This document shows positions 11,125 through 21,246 of a stretch of 64,000 bases of DNA, in pieces. Positions within the stretch are counted from its first letter, which is position 1, and every line of letters starts with the position of its first letter. The stretch spans positions 28,302 through 92,301 of the forward strand of contig JAYQAJ010000003.1 of the NCBI GenBank assembly GCA_038136775.1. The letters run 5' to 3'. This DNA is from Gammaproteobacteria bacterium (GTDB lineage: Bacteria; Pseudomonadota; Gammaproteobacteria; Pseudomonadales; Azotimanducaceae). The notes beneath the pieces were generated by a model. It saw nothing but the letters and a program-made list of their open reading frames with translations, was not told the origin of the DNA and searched no databases. Made by a program: the position numbers and the translations under genes.

Positions 11125-11484
11125 CTAGCCCAACTTTGAACCCAACCAAACACCCAGCAGGCATAGACTGACCGAAGCCAAGGCGTAGGTTATTGCAGCC
11201 ACCACACGTCCATTGTTTAACAGCAGCAGCGTGTCCAAGGAGAATGCCGAGAACGTGGTAAACCCACCAAGAACCCCTACCACGAGGAACAACCGCCCCC
11301 AACTTAAAAACCAGGCCTGTTCCGCGAACAGACTCCACAGTGCGCCAATGATAAACGAGCCGGCGATATTAATCGTCAATGTGGACCAAGGAAATGTCTG
11401 AACGGTGAAATATAACCCGATCCCATAACGTGCCATAGCACCGAGAGCACCGCCGAAACCAACCCATAAAAGCCCGGACATCAA
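11125..11484 (-). CDS. crcB: Fluoride efflux channel Fluc/CrcB
   Basis: GGALGAMARY, FPWSTLTINIAGSF, GVLGGFTTFSAF. Confidence 0.95.
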   Translation of the reverse strand: MMSGLLWVGFGGALGAMARYGIGLYFTVQTFPWSTLTINIAGSFIIGALWSLFAEQAWFLSWGRLFLVVGVLGGFTTFSAFSLDTLLLLNNGRVVAAITYALASVSLCLLGVWLGSKLG

Positions 11485-12794
11485 TCCTCTCCATCTCGGC
11501 TATTCGCTTGCTGGTCTAGTTGTGCAAGTTGCTGCAAGCGCGCCTTAATTTTTACCTCCAAACCGGCAGATTGAGGGCTATAGAATTGCTGGGGCTCCAA
11601 TTGTTCAGGGAAATAGCTCTCTCCTGCGGCATAGGCACCAACATCCGTCTGCTCGTTGTGCGCATGCCGATAACCCTCGCCATATCCTAAGTCACGCATA
11701 AGCGCGGTGGGAGCGTTGGCCAGATGCCTGGGTACTTCATGAGAAGGTTGGCTCGCGACGAATTGTTGCGCGGCAGAGAATGCTCGGTATACGGCATCGC
11801 TCTTCGGCACACTCGCCAAATACAAAACTGCCTGGGCTAATGCCAGCTCCCCTTCGGGTGATCCAAGCCGCTCAAAACTCTGCAAAGCGGACAGAGTGAT
11901 CTCTACTGCACGCGGATCCGCGTTACCTACGTCCTCACTCGCTAGACGCAACAAACGCCGTCCGATGTATCGCGGATCTGCGCCCCCATCCAACATGCGG
12001 CAGAACCAATACAGAGCCGCATCAGGGGAACTGCCGCGTATCGATTTGTGCAATGCGGATATTTGCTCGTAGAAAACATCTCCGCCTTTATCGAAACGGC
12101 GTGTTTGATCGCCTGCGGCCCGCGCCACTTGATCTACGTCAATATCATCTGTGCACAATTGCGCAGCAATTTCCAAGATGTTTAACAATCGGCGCGCATC
12201 GCCGTCAGCAAGCGCCGCCAAGTGTTCACTGGCCCTTGGGGTAATCCGGCGTTGTAACAGAACCGCTGCCCGTTCCACCACCGCAACCAAGTCTTGCTCT
12301 GTCAGCGCGGTCAATACGTAAACTCGCGCCCGTGACAGCAGTGCTGAATTCACTTCAAAAGACGGGTTTTCAGTGGTGGCACCGATAAAGACTAAGGTTC
12401 CGTCTTCCACGTGGGGTAAAAACGCATCTTGTTGCGCTTTGTTGAAGCGATGCACTTCATCGACAAACAGCACTGTCTGCTGACCACGTGCTTGTTGCAT
12501 TTTAGCTTCCGCAACCGCCTGGCGGATCTCCTTTACCCCAGCCAACACCGCAGACAAGCTGATCCAATAACAATCAGCCTGCTGAGCCAACAAACGCGCC
12601 AAGGTTGTTTTACCCGTACCGGGTGGCCCCCAAAGAATCATCGAGTGAATGGCCCCGCCATCCACCAATTGCCTTAGTGGCCGCCCTAGATCCAAAATCT
12701 GTGACTGCCCAACGTATTCCGACAGTGTTTGGGGCCTTAGCCGCTCCGCTAATGGACGGTTATCCGGCGCCTGCTGAGAGAACAAATCAGCCAC
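11481..12794 (-). CDS. rarA: Replication-associated recombination protein A (AAA+)
   Basis: [43 protein letters not shown]. Start reassigned to GTG 12794. Confidence 0.95.
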   Translation of the reverse strand: MADLFSQQAPDNRPLAERLRPQTLSEYVGQSQILDLGRPLRQLVDGGAIHSMILWGPPGTGKTTLARLLAQQADCYWISLSAVLAGVKEIRQAVAEAKMQQARGQQTVLFVDEVHRFNKAQQDAFLPHVEDGTLVFIGATTENPSFEVNSALLSRARVYVLTALTEQDLVAVVERAAVLLQRRITPRASEHLAALADGDARRLLNILEIAAQLCTDDIDVDQVARAAGDQTRRFDKGGDVFYEQISALHKSIRGSSPDAALYWFCRMLDGGADPRYIGRRLLRLASEDVGNADPRAVEITLSALQSFERLGSPEGELALAQAVLYLASVPKSDAVYRAFSAAQQFVASQPSHEVPRHLANAPTALMRDLGYGEGYRHAHNEQTDVGAYAAGESYFPEQLEPQQFYSPQSAGLEVKIKARLQQLAQLDQQANSRDGED

Positions 12795-13473
12795 GAATAA
12801 TATCTGTGCCCTCAGGCACCTGCAGTTCAAAGCGATCAGTAGCAATGCTCTGGCCCAGCGCTAACTCTGTTAGCCGAATGCGCGTTAGTTGTCCGGCGCT
12901 GTCCCAAATACCAATGTGGTGCAACTTAGCTCCCACAAATCGCAATTCCACCTGTAAGAACACTGCTGTATCTGATTTTGGATATAAGAAATAGCGTCCC
13001 TCGCCCTGTTCATCGGCGCGATAGATCATAAAGTCATCCGTCAACGATGCCGTATCACCCAGTAAAATTGTAAGTGGTGTCGAGCCTAAGCCAGCATCGA
13101 GGTCGCGCTCGGTAACCTGCTCCAAATCGGGATCGTAGATTTGCACTTTGTTGCCTCTCGCTAGGATCACCTGAGCGAAGGGCGCATCAGCTTGCCAACG
13201 AAAATTAGGTCGTTGCAACGCTAAGTGACCAGTTGATTCATTCAGTATCTGGTTACCAGGATCGACTATTTGTTGACTGAATTTTGCAGTGACTCCATCG
13301 AAGGCCTCTATCAGTACCATCAATGCCGCTGCGTCAGCGCCTTGGTCTTTATCTGCAGCCCCAGTCAATGTCCCATGGTCTTGAGCGAGCGTCACCGTCG
13401 CAATCATGGTCCAAAGCAGGGCTGCGAATGAACTAGTTGTTACGATCTGGAACAAGGATTTCACGACTACCAT
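12787..13473 (-). CDS. lolA: Outer-membrane lipoprotein carrier LolA
   Basis: AKFSQQI…[12 protein letters not shown]…[11 protein letters not shown]…TPLTILLG; conserved ftsK-lolA-rarA order. Start uncertain (13473 GTG or 13407 ATG). Confidence 0.88.
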   Translation of the reverse strand: MVVVKSLFQIVTTSSFAALLWTMIATVTLAQDHGTLTGAADKDQGADAAALMVLIEAFDGVTAKFSQQIVDPGNQILNESTGHLALQRPNFRWQADAPFAQVILARGNKVQIYDPDLEQVTERDLDAGLGSTPLTILLGDTASLTDDFMIYRADEQGEGRYFLYPKSDTAVFLQVELRFVGAKLHHIGIWDSAGQLTRIRLTELALGQSIATDRFELQVPEGTDIIRG

Positions 13474-15712
13474 TTGAATTCATTGCTGACACGACCCCGG
13501 CCGCTTCCATAGCCTCAATGAGCCGCGCCGCGCGGTTATAACCAACTCGCAATTTACGTTGCACTGACGATATAGAGGCGCGGCGAGACTCTAAGACGAA
13601 TTGCACCGCTTCATCATAGAGGGCGTCGTCTTGTTCTGTGTCTCCTTCACCTTCCAATTGTAAGAACGGCTCTTCAGTACCGCCGCCACTGACAATATCC
13701 GCAAGGTAATCGGGCTCTGCACGCTGCTTCCAATCGTTTACCACACGGTGCACTTCATCATCCGAAACAAATGCGCCATGCACTCGCTGGGGCAACGCCG
13801 TGCCCGGCGGCAAATACAACATGTCACCATGGCCCAAAAGCTGCTCGGCGCCACCTTGGTCAAGCACTGTGCGCGAATCAATTTTGGACGACACTTGAAA
13901 ACTGATACGACTGGGGATATTCGCCTTAATGAGTCCGGTGATGACATCGACCGAGGGACGTTGTGTAGCGAGCACCAGGTGAATGCCTGCCGCCCTGGCC
14001 TTTTGCGCGATGCGCGCGATGAGCTGTTCGACCTTTTTACCCACCACCATCATCATATCGGCAAATTCGTCGATCACCACCACAATAGCTGGCAGAGCCT
14101 GTAAGTCTGGAGCAGGCTCTACCTCGTCTTTCCAAAGAGGATCTTTCAGAGGCTCACCCTTTTGGATCGCATCGTTAACCTGACGATTAAAGCCGGCCAA
14201 ATTACGAACACCCATAGCCGCCATCAAACGATAACGCCGCTCCATCTCAGCGACACACCAGTTCAAAGCATGAGCGGCTTCTTTCATATCTGTGACGACT
14301 GGTGTCAGCAGGTGCGGAACCCCTTCGTACACAGATAACTCCAGCATTTTCGGATCCACCAGAATCATTCTGACTTCGTCTGGTGTCGCTTTGAGCAGTA
14401 GACTCAAAAGCATAGCGTTTACACCAACCGATTTACCTGAGCCGGTGGTGCCCGCTACCAACAGGTGCGGCATCTTCGCTAGATCAGCAACAATGGAGGC
14501 ACCAGAAATGTCTTTACCTAACGCTAGAGTTAACACCGATGGCGCGTCCTGAAAAACCGTAGAACGAATCACTTCTTGCAACTGCACCATCTCTCGATGT
14601 TCGTTAGGAATTTCAATGCCCACAAATGACTTGCCCGGAATCACTTCAACAATCCGAACGCTAATAACGGCCAACGAACGTGCCAGGTCTTTTGCCAAGC
14701 CGCTGATCTTTTGCACTTTGACTCCAGCCGCGGGCTGAACCTCAAAACGCGTGACTACCGGCCCAGGCAATACCGACACAACTTCCGCTTCCACACCGAA
14801 GTCGGCGAGCTTAAGTTCAAGCTGGGTAGACATCGCTGCTAATACATCGGCGGAATAACCGAGACCAAGATCCTTTGATTGCGCATCTAGCAAATCAATG
14901 TCTGGCAATTCCCCCACGCCCTTACTATCAAAGAGGCGCTTTTGGCTGATCTTAGCGGCTGGCTTTTGCTCAACAGCTTTGGGCAAAATTTCTATCTCAG
15001 GCTTGTTTTCTATTTGGCTTGTGACTTTCTTTAATGCAGCCTGACGGTGCTCTATGCGCTGCTTAGTCTGCTTACGCGCTTCTAGGCGATGAGCACGGCG
15101 TGCTTTGTAGCGGTCGAACTGGTTATCTACAAAGATCATGCTTTGACGCCACAGCAGTGACAAAAGGCGAATGATCAAGGACGCTACATCAATCCAAGAA
15201 AAACCGAGAGCTGCCTGTAGACCAATGATGGCGCCTGCACAGCTCAGAACCGTCAAACCAACACGGCCAAAAACATCAACTCCGGCTTGACCCAGCCACA
15301 CGCCAACAAAACCACCACTCCCAGATGGCAATAAAGGCGACGGCTCGCTATGCAGTTCAAACAAAATGCATAGACAGATCACCAACCCTAACCAACCACT
15401 CGCCCGCACACACCAGAGCATCGGCGACCAGGCTGTTCGCTCTTTTTGCAGCAAACGCAGCCCAACCATGGTCAATAACAGAGGAATCGAATAAGCGACC
15501 CAACCCAGAACCAATAACGCCAGATCAGCAAAAAAAGCACCACTTGAGCCCACTAGATTGCGCACATCGTCGCCAGTTCCAGTGAAATTAAATGACGGAT
15601 CATCTGGCGAGTAAGACATAATCGCCAATAACAAAAACAAGGCGCAGGTGCCTAGCAGGACCAGCGCCATCTCCCTGAAAGGTATCGAACGATTAGGTGC
15701 AGTATCAGGCAA
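13433..15712 (-). CDS. ftsK: DNA translocase FtsK (short-linker form)
   Basis: 4TM N-terminus, [38 protein letters not shown], gamma domain [21 protein letters not shown]. Confidence 0.98.
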   Translation of the reverse strand: MPDTAPNRSIPFREMALVLLGTCALFLLLAIMSYSPDDPSFNFTGTGDDVRNLVGSSGAFFADLALLVLGWVAYSIPLLLTMVGLRLLQKERTAWSPMLWCVRASGWLGLVICLCILFELHSEPSPLLPSGSGGFVGVWLGQAGVDVFGRVGLTVLSCAGAIIGLQAALGFSWIDVASLIIRLLSLLWRQSMIFVDNQFDRYKARRAHRLEARKQTKQRIEHRQAALKKVTSQIENKPEIEILPKAVEQKPAAKISQKRLFDSKGVGELPDIDLLDAQSKDLGLGYSADVLAAMSTQLELKLADFGVEAEVVSVLPGPVVTRFEVQPAAGVKVQKISGLAKDLARSLAVISVRIVEVIPGKSFVGIEIPNEHREMVQLQEVIRSTVFQDAPSVLTLALGKDISGASIVADLAKMPHLLVAGTTGSGKSVGVNAMLLSLLLKATPDEVRMILVDPKMLELSVYEGVPHLLTPVVTDMKEAAHALNWCVAEMERRYRLMAAMGVRNLAGFNRQVNDAIQKGEPLKDPLWKDEVEPAPDLQALPAIVVVIDEFADMMMVVGKKVEQLIARIAQKARAAGIHLVLATQRPSVDVITGLIKANIPSRISFQVSSKIDSRTVLDQGGAEQLLGHGDMLYLPPGTALPQRVHGAFVSDDEVHRVVNDWKQRAEPDYLADIVSGGGTEEPFLQLEGEGDTEQDDALYDEAVQFVLESRRASISSVQRKLRVGYNRAARLIEAMEAAGVVSAMNSNGSREILVPDRNN

Positions 15713-15855
15713 TCACCCGCTCCAATGGGAATTTGCGGCCAGTTTACGCATTCGCCGAAGACCGCACAAACCCCAAGACCGAACGTATACGAAAAGCAGG
15801 ACACGAACAGAAAGGTCACCGTACAATACCGAGTACCGACTAATTGAGAGCATCC

Positions 15856-16140
15856 GTGCGAGCAGATAAAGCTAAAATTACTGACGAAGTTTGGGATGAC
15901 GAACGTATCCACAGCTTCCTTAACAAACCCGCCATGGGCCAAGAACCAGAACAATACAGCCAGTTGCTGTTTGCCTACCGAAGCATGCGTGCCGAGGACT
16001 TTGCACGCTTTGTCCATGCTTTTGTCGAAGCCGGTGGAGATCTAAATGCGCAAAACAAGGACGGCTTAAGCTTGCATGAGGTCATCACCACCCACGCGCA
16101 GGCCAAAGATTTTTTGACCATTCTGCAGCAATACAGCTAG
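15856..16140 (+). CDS. Small PA4642-like protein with an ankyrin-like C-terminal motif
   Basis: DKAKITDEVWDDERIHSFL…LLFAYRSMRAEDFARFV…GGDLNAQNKDG resembles the PA4642 family as I recall it (no database check). GTG start at 15856. Confidence 0.65.
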   Translation: MRADKAKITDEVWDDERIHSFLNKPAMGQEPEQYSQLLFAYRSMRAEDFARFVHAFVEAGGDLNAQNKDGLSLHEVITTHAQAKDFLTILQQYS

Positions 16141-16145
16141 CGCTA

Positions 16146-16883
16146 ATGCCCGGCATTCCACTACTGGACAAATTGCCGGTACAGTTTCCAGACCCGCGTG
16201 AGGCTATGGCCAAGCCAGACGGATTGCTTGCAGCGGGCGGCGACCTGACTCCAGACTGGCTGATCACAGCATACAGTCACGGTATCTTTCCCTGGTTTAA
16301 CGACGATGCCGAACTGATTTACTGGTGGAGCCCCAAAGTCCGCGGTGTCCTGGTACCTGGAGAGATGCGCGTGACTCGTAGTTTCGCCAAACGGTTGCGC
16401 GATAGCTCTTTGCAAATTCGCGTCGATGAGCACTTTGCCGAGGTTATCAAAGCCTGCGCACGAAGCCCTCGTCCCGGTCAAGAAGGCACGTGGATCACCC
16501 CTAATATGCAGAATGCCTACCTAGAGCTGCATCGTCTTGGCGTAGCGCATTGTGTCGAGGTTTGGCAGGATGACCTCTTAGTTGGCGGCTTGTACGGTAT
16601 TGCTTTGGGCCAGATGTTTTTTGGTGAATCAATGTTTAGCCGAATATCTGACGCATCGAAAGTAGCCTTCTTTCATTTGCAAGAGCAATTGGCGGTAGCC
16701 AACTATGCGCTTATTGACTGCCAGATGATGAACCCTCACCTCGCCACCCTTGGCGTAAAGGAGATGGATCGAGACGACTTTCTGCTGCTGTTGGCTGACA
16801 ACAGACGCATACCGCTGAGCTCTGGGGCTAAACCCTGGGCTACGAAGTTCCAGTCGATAAATAGTCCAATTAGCTCAAGCTAA
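16146..16883 (+). CDS. aat: Leucyl/phenylalanyl-tRNA--protein transferase
   Basis: PDGLLAAGGDL, AYSHGIFPW, WWSP, VGGLYG, FFGESMFS, LIDCQ. Confidence 0.97.
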   Translation: MPGIPLLDKLPVQFPDPREAMAKPDGLLAAGGDLTPDWLITAYSHGIFPWFNDDAELIYWWSPKVRGVLVPGEMRVTRSFAKRLRDSSLQIRVDEHFAEVIKACARSPRPGQEGTWITPNMQNAYLELHRLGVAHCVEVWQDDLLVGGLYGIALGQMFFGESMFSRISDASKVAFFHLQEQLAVANYALIDCQMMNPHLATLGVKEMDRDDFLLLLADNRRIPLSSGAKPWATKFQSINSPISSS

Positions 16884-16915
16884 ACAGCAGTAGGAAGAGC
16901 CAGCGAGAAAGAAAC

Positions 16916-17629
16916 ATGCAAGATGATCATCGCGAACAAATTCAGTTCTTTCTAACCCCGCCACACCCCTGCTCGTACTTATCGCGCAATGATGCACAAA
17001 CGTTATTTGTAGACCCACGTCGCATCATCAGCACCAGTCTTTATCAAACCCTCACCGATCGAGGCTTTCGTCGCAGCGGCAGTCATTTGTACCAGCCTCG
17101 ATGCAACGCATGTAATGCCTGTATCGCGACGCGTATACCGGTAGCAGAATTTCGTCCACGCCGGACCCAGCGCCGGATCGTGAGAAACAATCAAGATTTG
17201 CGTTTAGAAATAGAAGATGCTCGCTTCAGTCGCAGGCACTACAACTTGTACGCACGTTACATCAGCCTACGACATGCAGACGGCGACATGTATCCCGCAA
17301 GTGAAGATCAGTTTCGCTCATTTTTACTTAGCCCATGGTCAGCGAGTTTTTTCATCTGCTTGTACCAGGGTGAACAATTGCTCAGCGTAGCGGTTACCGA
17401 TCAACAGGCGAATGGATTGTCTGCGATTTACACATTCTTTGAGCCGAATGAGGACAAACGCAGCTTGGGGGTATTGAGCATCCTGCAACAAATCGAAGTA
17501 TGTCGCTCTTTGAATCTGCCCTACCTTTATTTGGGGTATTGGGTGAAGGATTGCGCCAAGATGGCTTATAAAACTGACTATCGCCCGGCGGAATTGTTTA
17601 TCGATAACAAGTGGGTCAGATACGACTAA
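16916..17629 (+). CDS. bpt: Bacterial arginyltransferase-like Leu-transferase (Bpt/ATE)
   Basis: HPCSYL, GFRRSG, YQPRCNACNAC, LSAIYTFF, SLG, YLYLGYWV…KMAYK. Confidence 0.93.
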   Translation: MQDDHREQIQFFLTPPHPCSYLSRNDAQTLFVDPRRIISTSLYQTLTDRGFRRSGSHLYQPRCNACNACIATRIPVAEFRPRRTQRRIVRNNQDLRLEIEDARFSRRHYNLYARYISLRHADGDMYPASEDQFRSFLLSPWSASFFICLYQGEQLLSVAVTDQQANGLSAIYTFFEPNEDKRSLGVLSILQQIEVCRSLNLPYLYLGYWVKDCAKMAYKTDYRPAELFIDNKWVRYD

Positions 17630-17699
17630 CCGTTGGCACTTCTATTTGCCTAAGTGATCCGGCACAATGCGCCCCTTCAAAAATACAGCTTAAATTTGC

Positions 17700-17915
17700 A
17701 TGTCGAAAGAAGAACAGATTGAGATGGACGGCACCGTCGTCGACACCCTACCCAACACAATGTTTCGGGTTGAACTAGAGAACGGTCATACGGTAACAGC
17801 GCATATCTCCGGCAAGATGCGCAAAAACTATATTCGTATTTTGACCGGCGACCAGGTCAAGGTTGAATTGACCCCATACGATCTCTCTAAAGGACGCATT
17901 ACCTTTAGAATGTAG
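17700..17915 (+). CDS. infA: Translation initiation factor IF-1
   Basis: [30 protein letters not shown]…[13 protein letters not shown]. Confidence 0.99.
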   Translation: MSKEEQIEMDGTVVDTLPNTMFRVELENGHTVTAHISGKMRKNYIRILTGDQVKVELTPYDLSKGRITFRM

Positions 17916-17991
17916 CTTGCCACGCTGTCTTGGGTGCCCCAACGGCAGCGCTTCTTCTGCTCACTACAACTGCGCTAGCGGCTTCGAAGGA

Positions 17992-20256
17992 TCAGGCGGT
18001 TTCAGGAGCGTCTACTTCTACCGACAACTCCCCTTCCTCGACGCTTACCCGCACAACACCACCACCATTGGCTAAACCGCCAAACAGCAGATCCTCTGCC
18101 AATTGGCGTTTAATTTTCTCTTGAATGAGTCGTTGCATCGGCCGAGCACCCATTTTTTCATCGTAGCCTTCTCGGGCTAACCATTCTCTGGCTGCATCGT
18201 CCACGTCTAGGGTGACGCGTTTTTCGTCAAGCTGAGCCTGCAATTCGGTAAGGAACTTGTCCACTACGGTCTTAACCACCTCAATACTCAACGCACTAAA
18301 CTGGACAATAGCGTCTAAGCGATTGCGAAATTCCGGGGTAAACATGCGCTTAATGACTTCCATGCCATCTGTCGTATTGTCTTGCTCAGCGAAACCGATG
18401 GACGCGCGGCTCATTTCTTGCGCACCGGCATTGGTGGTCATCACCAGCACGACGTTGCGAAAGTCTGCCTTGCGACCGTTGTTGTCCGTGAGAGTACCGT
18501 GATCCATAACTTGCAGCAGCAAGTTGAATACTTCTGGGTGGGCTTTCTCGATCTCGTCCAGCAACACAATGCTGTGGGGATGCTTAGTCACTGCCTCGGT
18601 AAGTAAACCACCCTGGTCGAATCCCACGTAGCCCGGAGGTGCACCAATCAAGCGTGAAACGGTGTGTCGCTCCATGTACTCCGACATGTCGTAGCGCAAC
18701 AGTTCCACTCCCATGGTGTGCGCCAATTGCTTACACACTTCGGTTTTACCTACCCCGGTAGGACCAGCAAACAAGAACGAGCCAATGGGCTTCTCGCCAC
18801 TCTTTAAACCTGCTCTGGATAATTTGATGGCCGTCGCCAACTGTTCGATGGCCTCGTCCTGGCCAAATACGGCCATTTTCAGATTGCTATCCAAGTCCCG
18901 CAGCGACGCCTTGTCTGAGGCCGTAACCTGGCTTGAGGGAATACGCGCGATCTTGGCCACCACCTGTTCAACATCTGACACGCCAATGCTCTTTTTACGC
19001 CGACTGGCAGGCTGCAACTGCTGTGCGGCGCCGGCCTCATCAATGACGTCAATGGCCTTGTCAGGCATAAATCGGTCATTGATATAACGAGCGGCAAGCT
19101 CCGAGGCTGTGCGCAACGCCTTGTCCGTGTAACGTAAGTTGTAGTGGTCTTCAAATCGGCTCTTCAAGCCTTTTAGAATCCGATAGGTGTCATCAACATC
19201 AGGCTCAATGACATCAATTTTCTGAAAACGCCGAGACAGCGCGCGGTCTTTATCAAATATGCCGCGGTACTCTTGATAGGTTGTCGAACCCATACAGCGT
19301 ATTTGGCCGGAAGTGAGCAATGGTTTGAGCAAATTGGACGCGTCCATCACCCCACCCGAAGCTGCGCCAGCACCAATGATTGTGTGGATCTCGTCGATGA
19401 ATAGAATCGAGCCTTCTTGTTTCTTCAGTTCACCCAACACTGCCTTGAAGCGTTTTTCGAAGTCTCCTCGGTATTTGGTACCCGCAACCAGTGCGCCAAG
19501 ATCCAAGGCGTAAATCGTGCTTTGTGCCACCACTTCGGGCACCTTGGCGTCGACAATACGTTTCGCAAGACCCTCTGCAATAGCGGTTTTGCCGACTCCT
19601 GACTCACCGACCAATAACGGATTATTCTTACGTCGGCGGCATAAAATTTGTACCGCTCGCTCCACCTCTTCATCGCGTCCCACCAGCGGATCAATGCGGC
19701 CCGCTTTGGCTTCTTCGTTTAGGTTGGTCGCAAAAGATTCCAACGCACTGGAGCGTTTTTCGCCCTCGGCGTCTTCCGTCTCACCCAATTCAGCGTCTTC
19801 ACTCTCTTCGGAAGAACCCTCAATTTTGCTGATACCGTGGGAAATAAAGTTCACCACATCAATACGGGAAACCCCCTGAGACTTGAGTAGATACACCGCT
19901 TGGCTTTCTTGCTCGCTGAAAATCGCGACAAGCACATTCGCGCCGGTGACCTCTTTGCGGCCTGACGACTGCACGTGGAATAACGCCCGGGAAACTACCC
20001 TTTGAAACCCTAAAGTGGTTTGCGTGCCGCGTTCAGAGTCATCCATTTGCAGCGTTGGAGTCGTGTCGTCGATGTATTTCTCTAACTCGGCGCGTAATTT
20101 TTCGACATCTGCCCCTACATTGACCAAAACGTCTATCGCTTGATCGTTGTTGAGTAACGCCAACAACAGGTGCTCGACGGTTACAAACTCATGGCGCTTG
20201 AGACTCGCCTCTTGAGCTACTCCGTTTAGCGACTTTTCTAATTCTTTACTCAGCAT
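17992..20256 (-). CDS. clpA: ATP-dependent Clp protease ATPase ClpA
   Basis: HEFVTVEHLLLALL; two AAA modules (GESGVGKT, GPTGVGKT); adjacent to clpS. Confidence 0.99.
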   Translation of the reverse strand: MLSKELEKSLNGVAQEASLKRHEFVTVEHLLLALLNNDQAIDVLVNVGADVEKLRAELEKYIDDTTPTLQMDDSERGTQTTLGFQRVVSRALFHVQSSGRKEVTGANVLVAIFSEQESQAVYLLKSQGVSRIDVVNFISHGISKIEGSSEESEDAELGETEDAEGEKRSSALESFATNLNEEAKAGRIDPLVGRDEEVERAVQILCRRRKNNPLLVGESGVGKTAIAEGLAKRIVDAKVPEVVAQSTIYALDLGALVAGTKYRGDFEKRFKAVLGELKKQEGSILFIDEIHTIIGAGAASGGVMDASNLLKPLLTSGQIRCMGSTTYQEYRGIFDKDRALSRRFQKIDVIEPDVDDTYRILKGLKSRFEDHYNLRYTDKALRTASELAARYINDRFMPDKAIDVIDEAGAAQQLQPASRRKKSIGVSDVEQVVAKIARIPSSQVTASDKASLRDLDSNLKMAVFGQDEAIEQLATAIKLSRAGLKSGEKPIGSFLFAGPTGVGKTEVCKQLAHTMGVELLRYDMSEYMERHTVSRLIGAPPGYVGFDQGGLLTEAVTKHPHSIVLLDEIEKAHPEVFNLLLQVMDHGTLTDNNGRKADFRNVVLVMTTNAGAQEMSRASIGFAEQDNTTDGMEVIKRMFTPEFRNRLDAIVQFSALSIEVVKTVVDKFLTELQAQLDEKRVTLDVDDAAREWLAREGYDEKMGARPMQRLIQEKIKRQLAEDLLFGGLANGGGVVRVSVEEGELSVEVDAPETA

Positions 20257-20346
20257 GTTTTACTCGTCTTTGCTTTATCGCGCCTAGTCAGCGGAACTGC
20301 ATGAATGCAACGGTTGTAACAGACTATGTGTCCCTTTTAGTGGTTT

Positions 20347-20697
20347 TCAATCTGTCATTTCCACCGTAGACATGAGCGGGTGATTGTTCTCCTGGGCGTA
20401 CGTATTCACCTGCTCAGATTTGGTTTCGGCGATGTCCCTGGGAAATATACCCACCACCGCAGAACCTTCAGAATGTACTACCAACATAATTTGCGTGGCT
20501 TTCTCTCGATTCATCGAAAAGAATGATTCAAGAATATGCACGACGAACTCCATTGGGGTGTAGTCATCGTTGAGCAAGATAACCTTATACATAGGCGGCC
20601 GCTTCAGCTCTGGCTCTGCTATCTCGGCAATGGTGCCTAGATCATGATCGCCTTCTGGCTCATCATCGCCAGCGTTTGCTTGGTAGTTCAAGTCCAT
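20347..20697 (-). CDS. clpS: ClpAP adaptor ClpS
   Basis: [20 protein letters not shown]…IMLVVH…IAETK. Start reassigned to ATG 20697. Confidence 0.96.
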   Translation of the reverse strand: MDLNYQANAGDDEPEGDHDLGTIAEIAEPELKRPPMYKVILLNDDYTPMEFVVHILESFFSMNREKATQIMLVVHSEGSAVVGIFPRDIAETKSEQVNTYAQENNHPLMSTVEMTD

Positions 20698-20906
20698 AAT
20701 TTGGTAAATACTTGTTGCGTCCAAAATTTGTCTACGGACTAAGACTACCAATGTTCGCGTGGAATTTCCGTTGATAGCCCTACTCTTTCAAAACCTTTGC
20801 ACCGCAGTGACTCTTGGGTACAAACCGCCTCTTTTAGCAGTTCATACCCATACTTTACTCGTTAGACCTTATGCAACACAGTTTGCATAAGACAGTAGTT
20901 ATCGTG

Positions 20907-21122
20907 ATGCCTGAAGGTTCCGTTAAGTGGTTTAACAACGCTAAAGGCTATGGCTTTATAATCGCAGACGACAGCAGCAAGGAGCTATCCGCTCACTACA
21001 GCGCGATCGCCATGAAAGGTTATAAAACCCTGCTCGCTGGCGAAGTTGTAGAGTTTGACTTGCAGCAATGCGACAAAGGTTTACAAGCAAAAAAACATCC
21101 GTCGTTGCGATGCAGATACTGA
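20907..21122 (+). CDS. cspD: Cold-shock domain protein CspD-like, probably frameshifted near the C-terminus
   Basis: GSVKWFNNAKGYGFI (RNP1) and AHYSAI, divergent from clpS as in the typical cspD locus. An A7 run at 21089-21095 shifts out the expected 'AKNI' ending. Confidence 0.8.
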   Translation: MPEGSVKWFNNAKGYGFIIADDSSKELSAHYSAIAMKGYKTLLAGEVVEFDLQQCDKGLQAKKHPSLRCRY

Positions 21123-21185
21123 CAGCGGCAACCCTGAAGTGAGCGAACCATCCACGCCGCTATAGAAACAAGCCGACCGGACGGC

Positions 21186-21213
21186 ACAGGGCCGGAAACT
21201 AAGTCCGCCCTGT
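21186..21213. terminator. Hairpin between convergent cspD and idh, possible terminator
   Basis: ACAGGGC(C)GGA-N7-TCC-GCCCTGT stem; the U-tail is weak. Confidence 0.35.
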
Positions 21214-21246
21214 CTTGCGACCGAACCAGTAATCGCTACCTAGTGC

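Noticed and set aside
11481-11560. Fluoride riboswitch ahead of crcB
   Set aside because: The crcB start overlaps the rarA stop, leaving no leader, and I see no aptamer-like sequence.
17634-17649. Sigma-54-like TGGCAC…TTGC upstream of infA
   Set aside because: GG-to-GC spacing is 11 nt instead of the strict 10.
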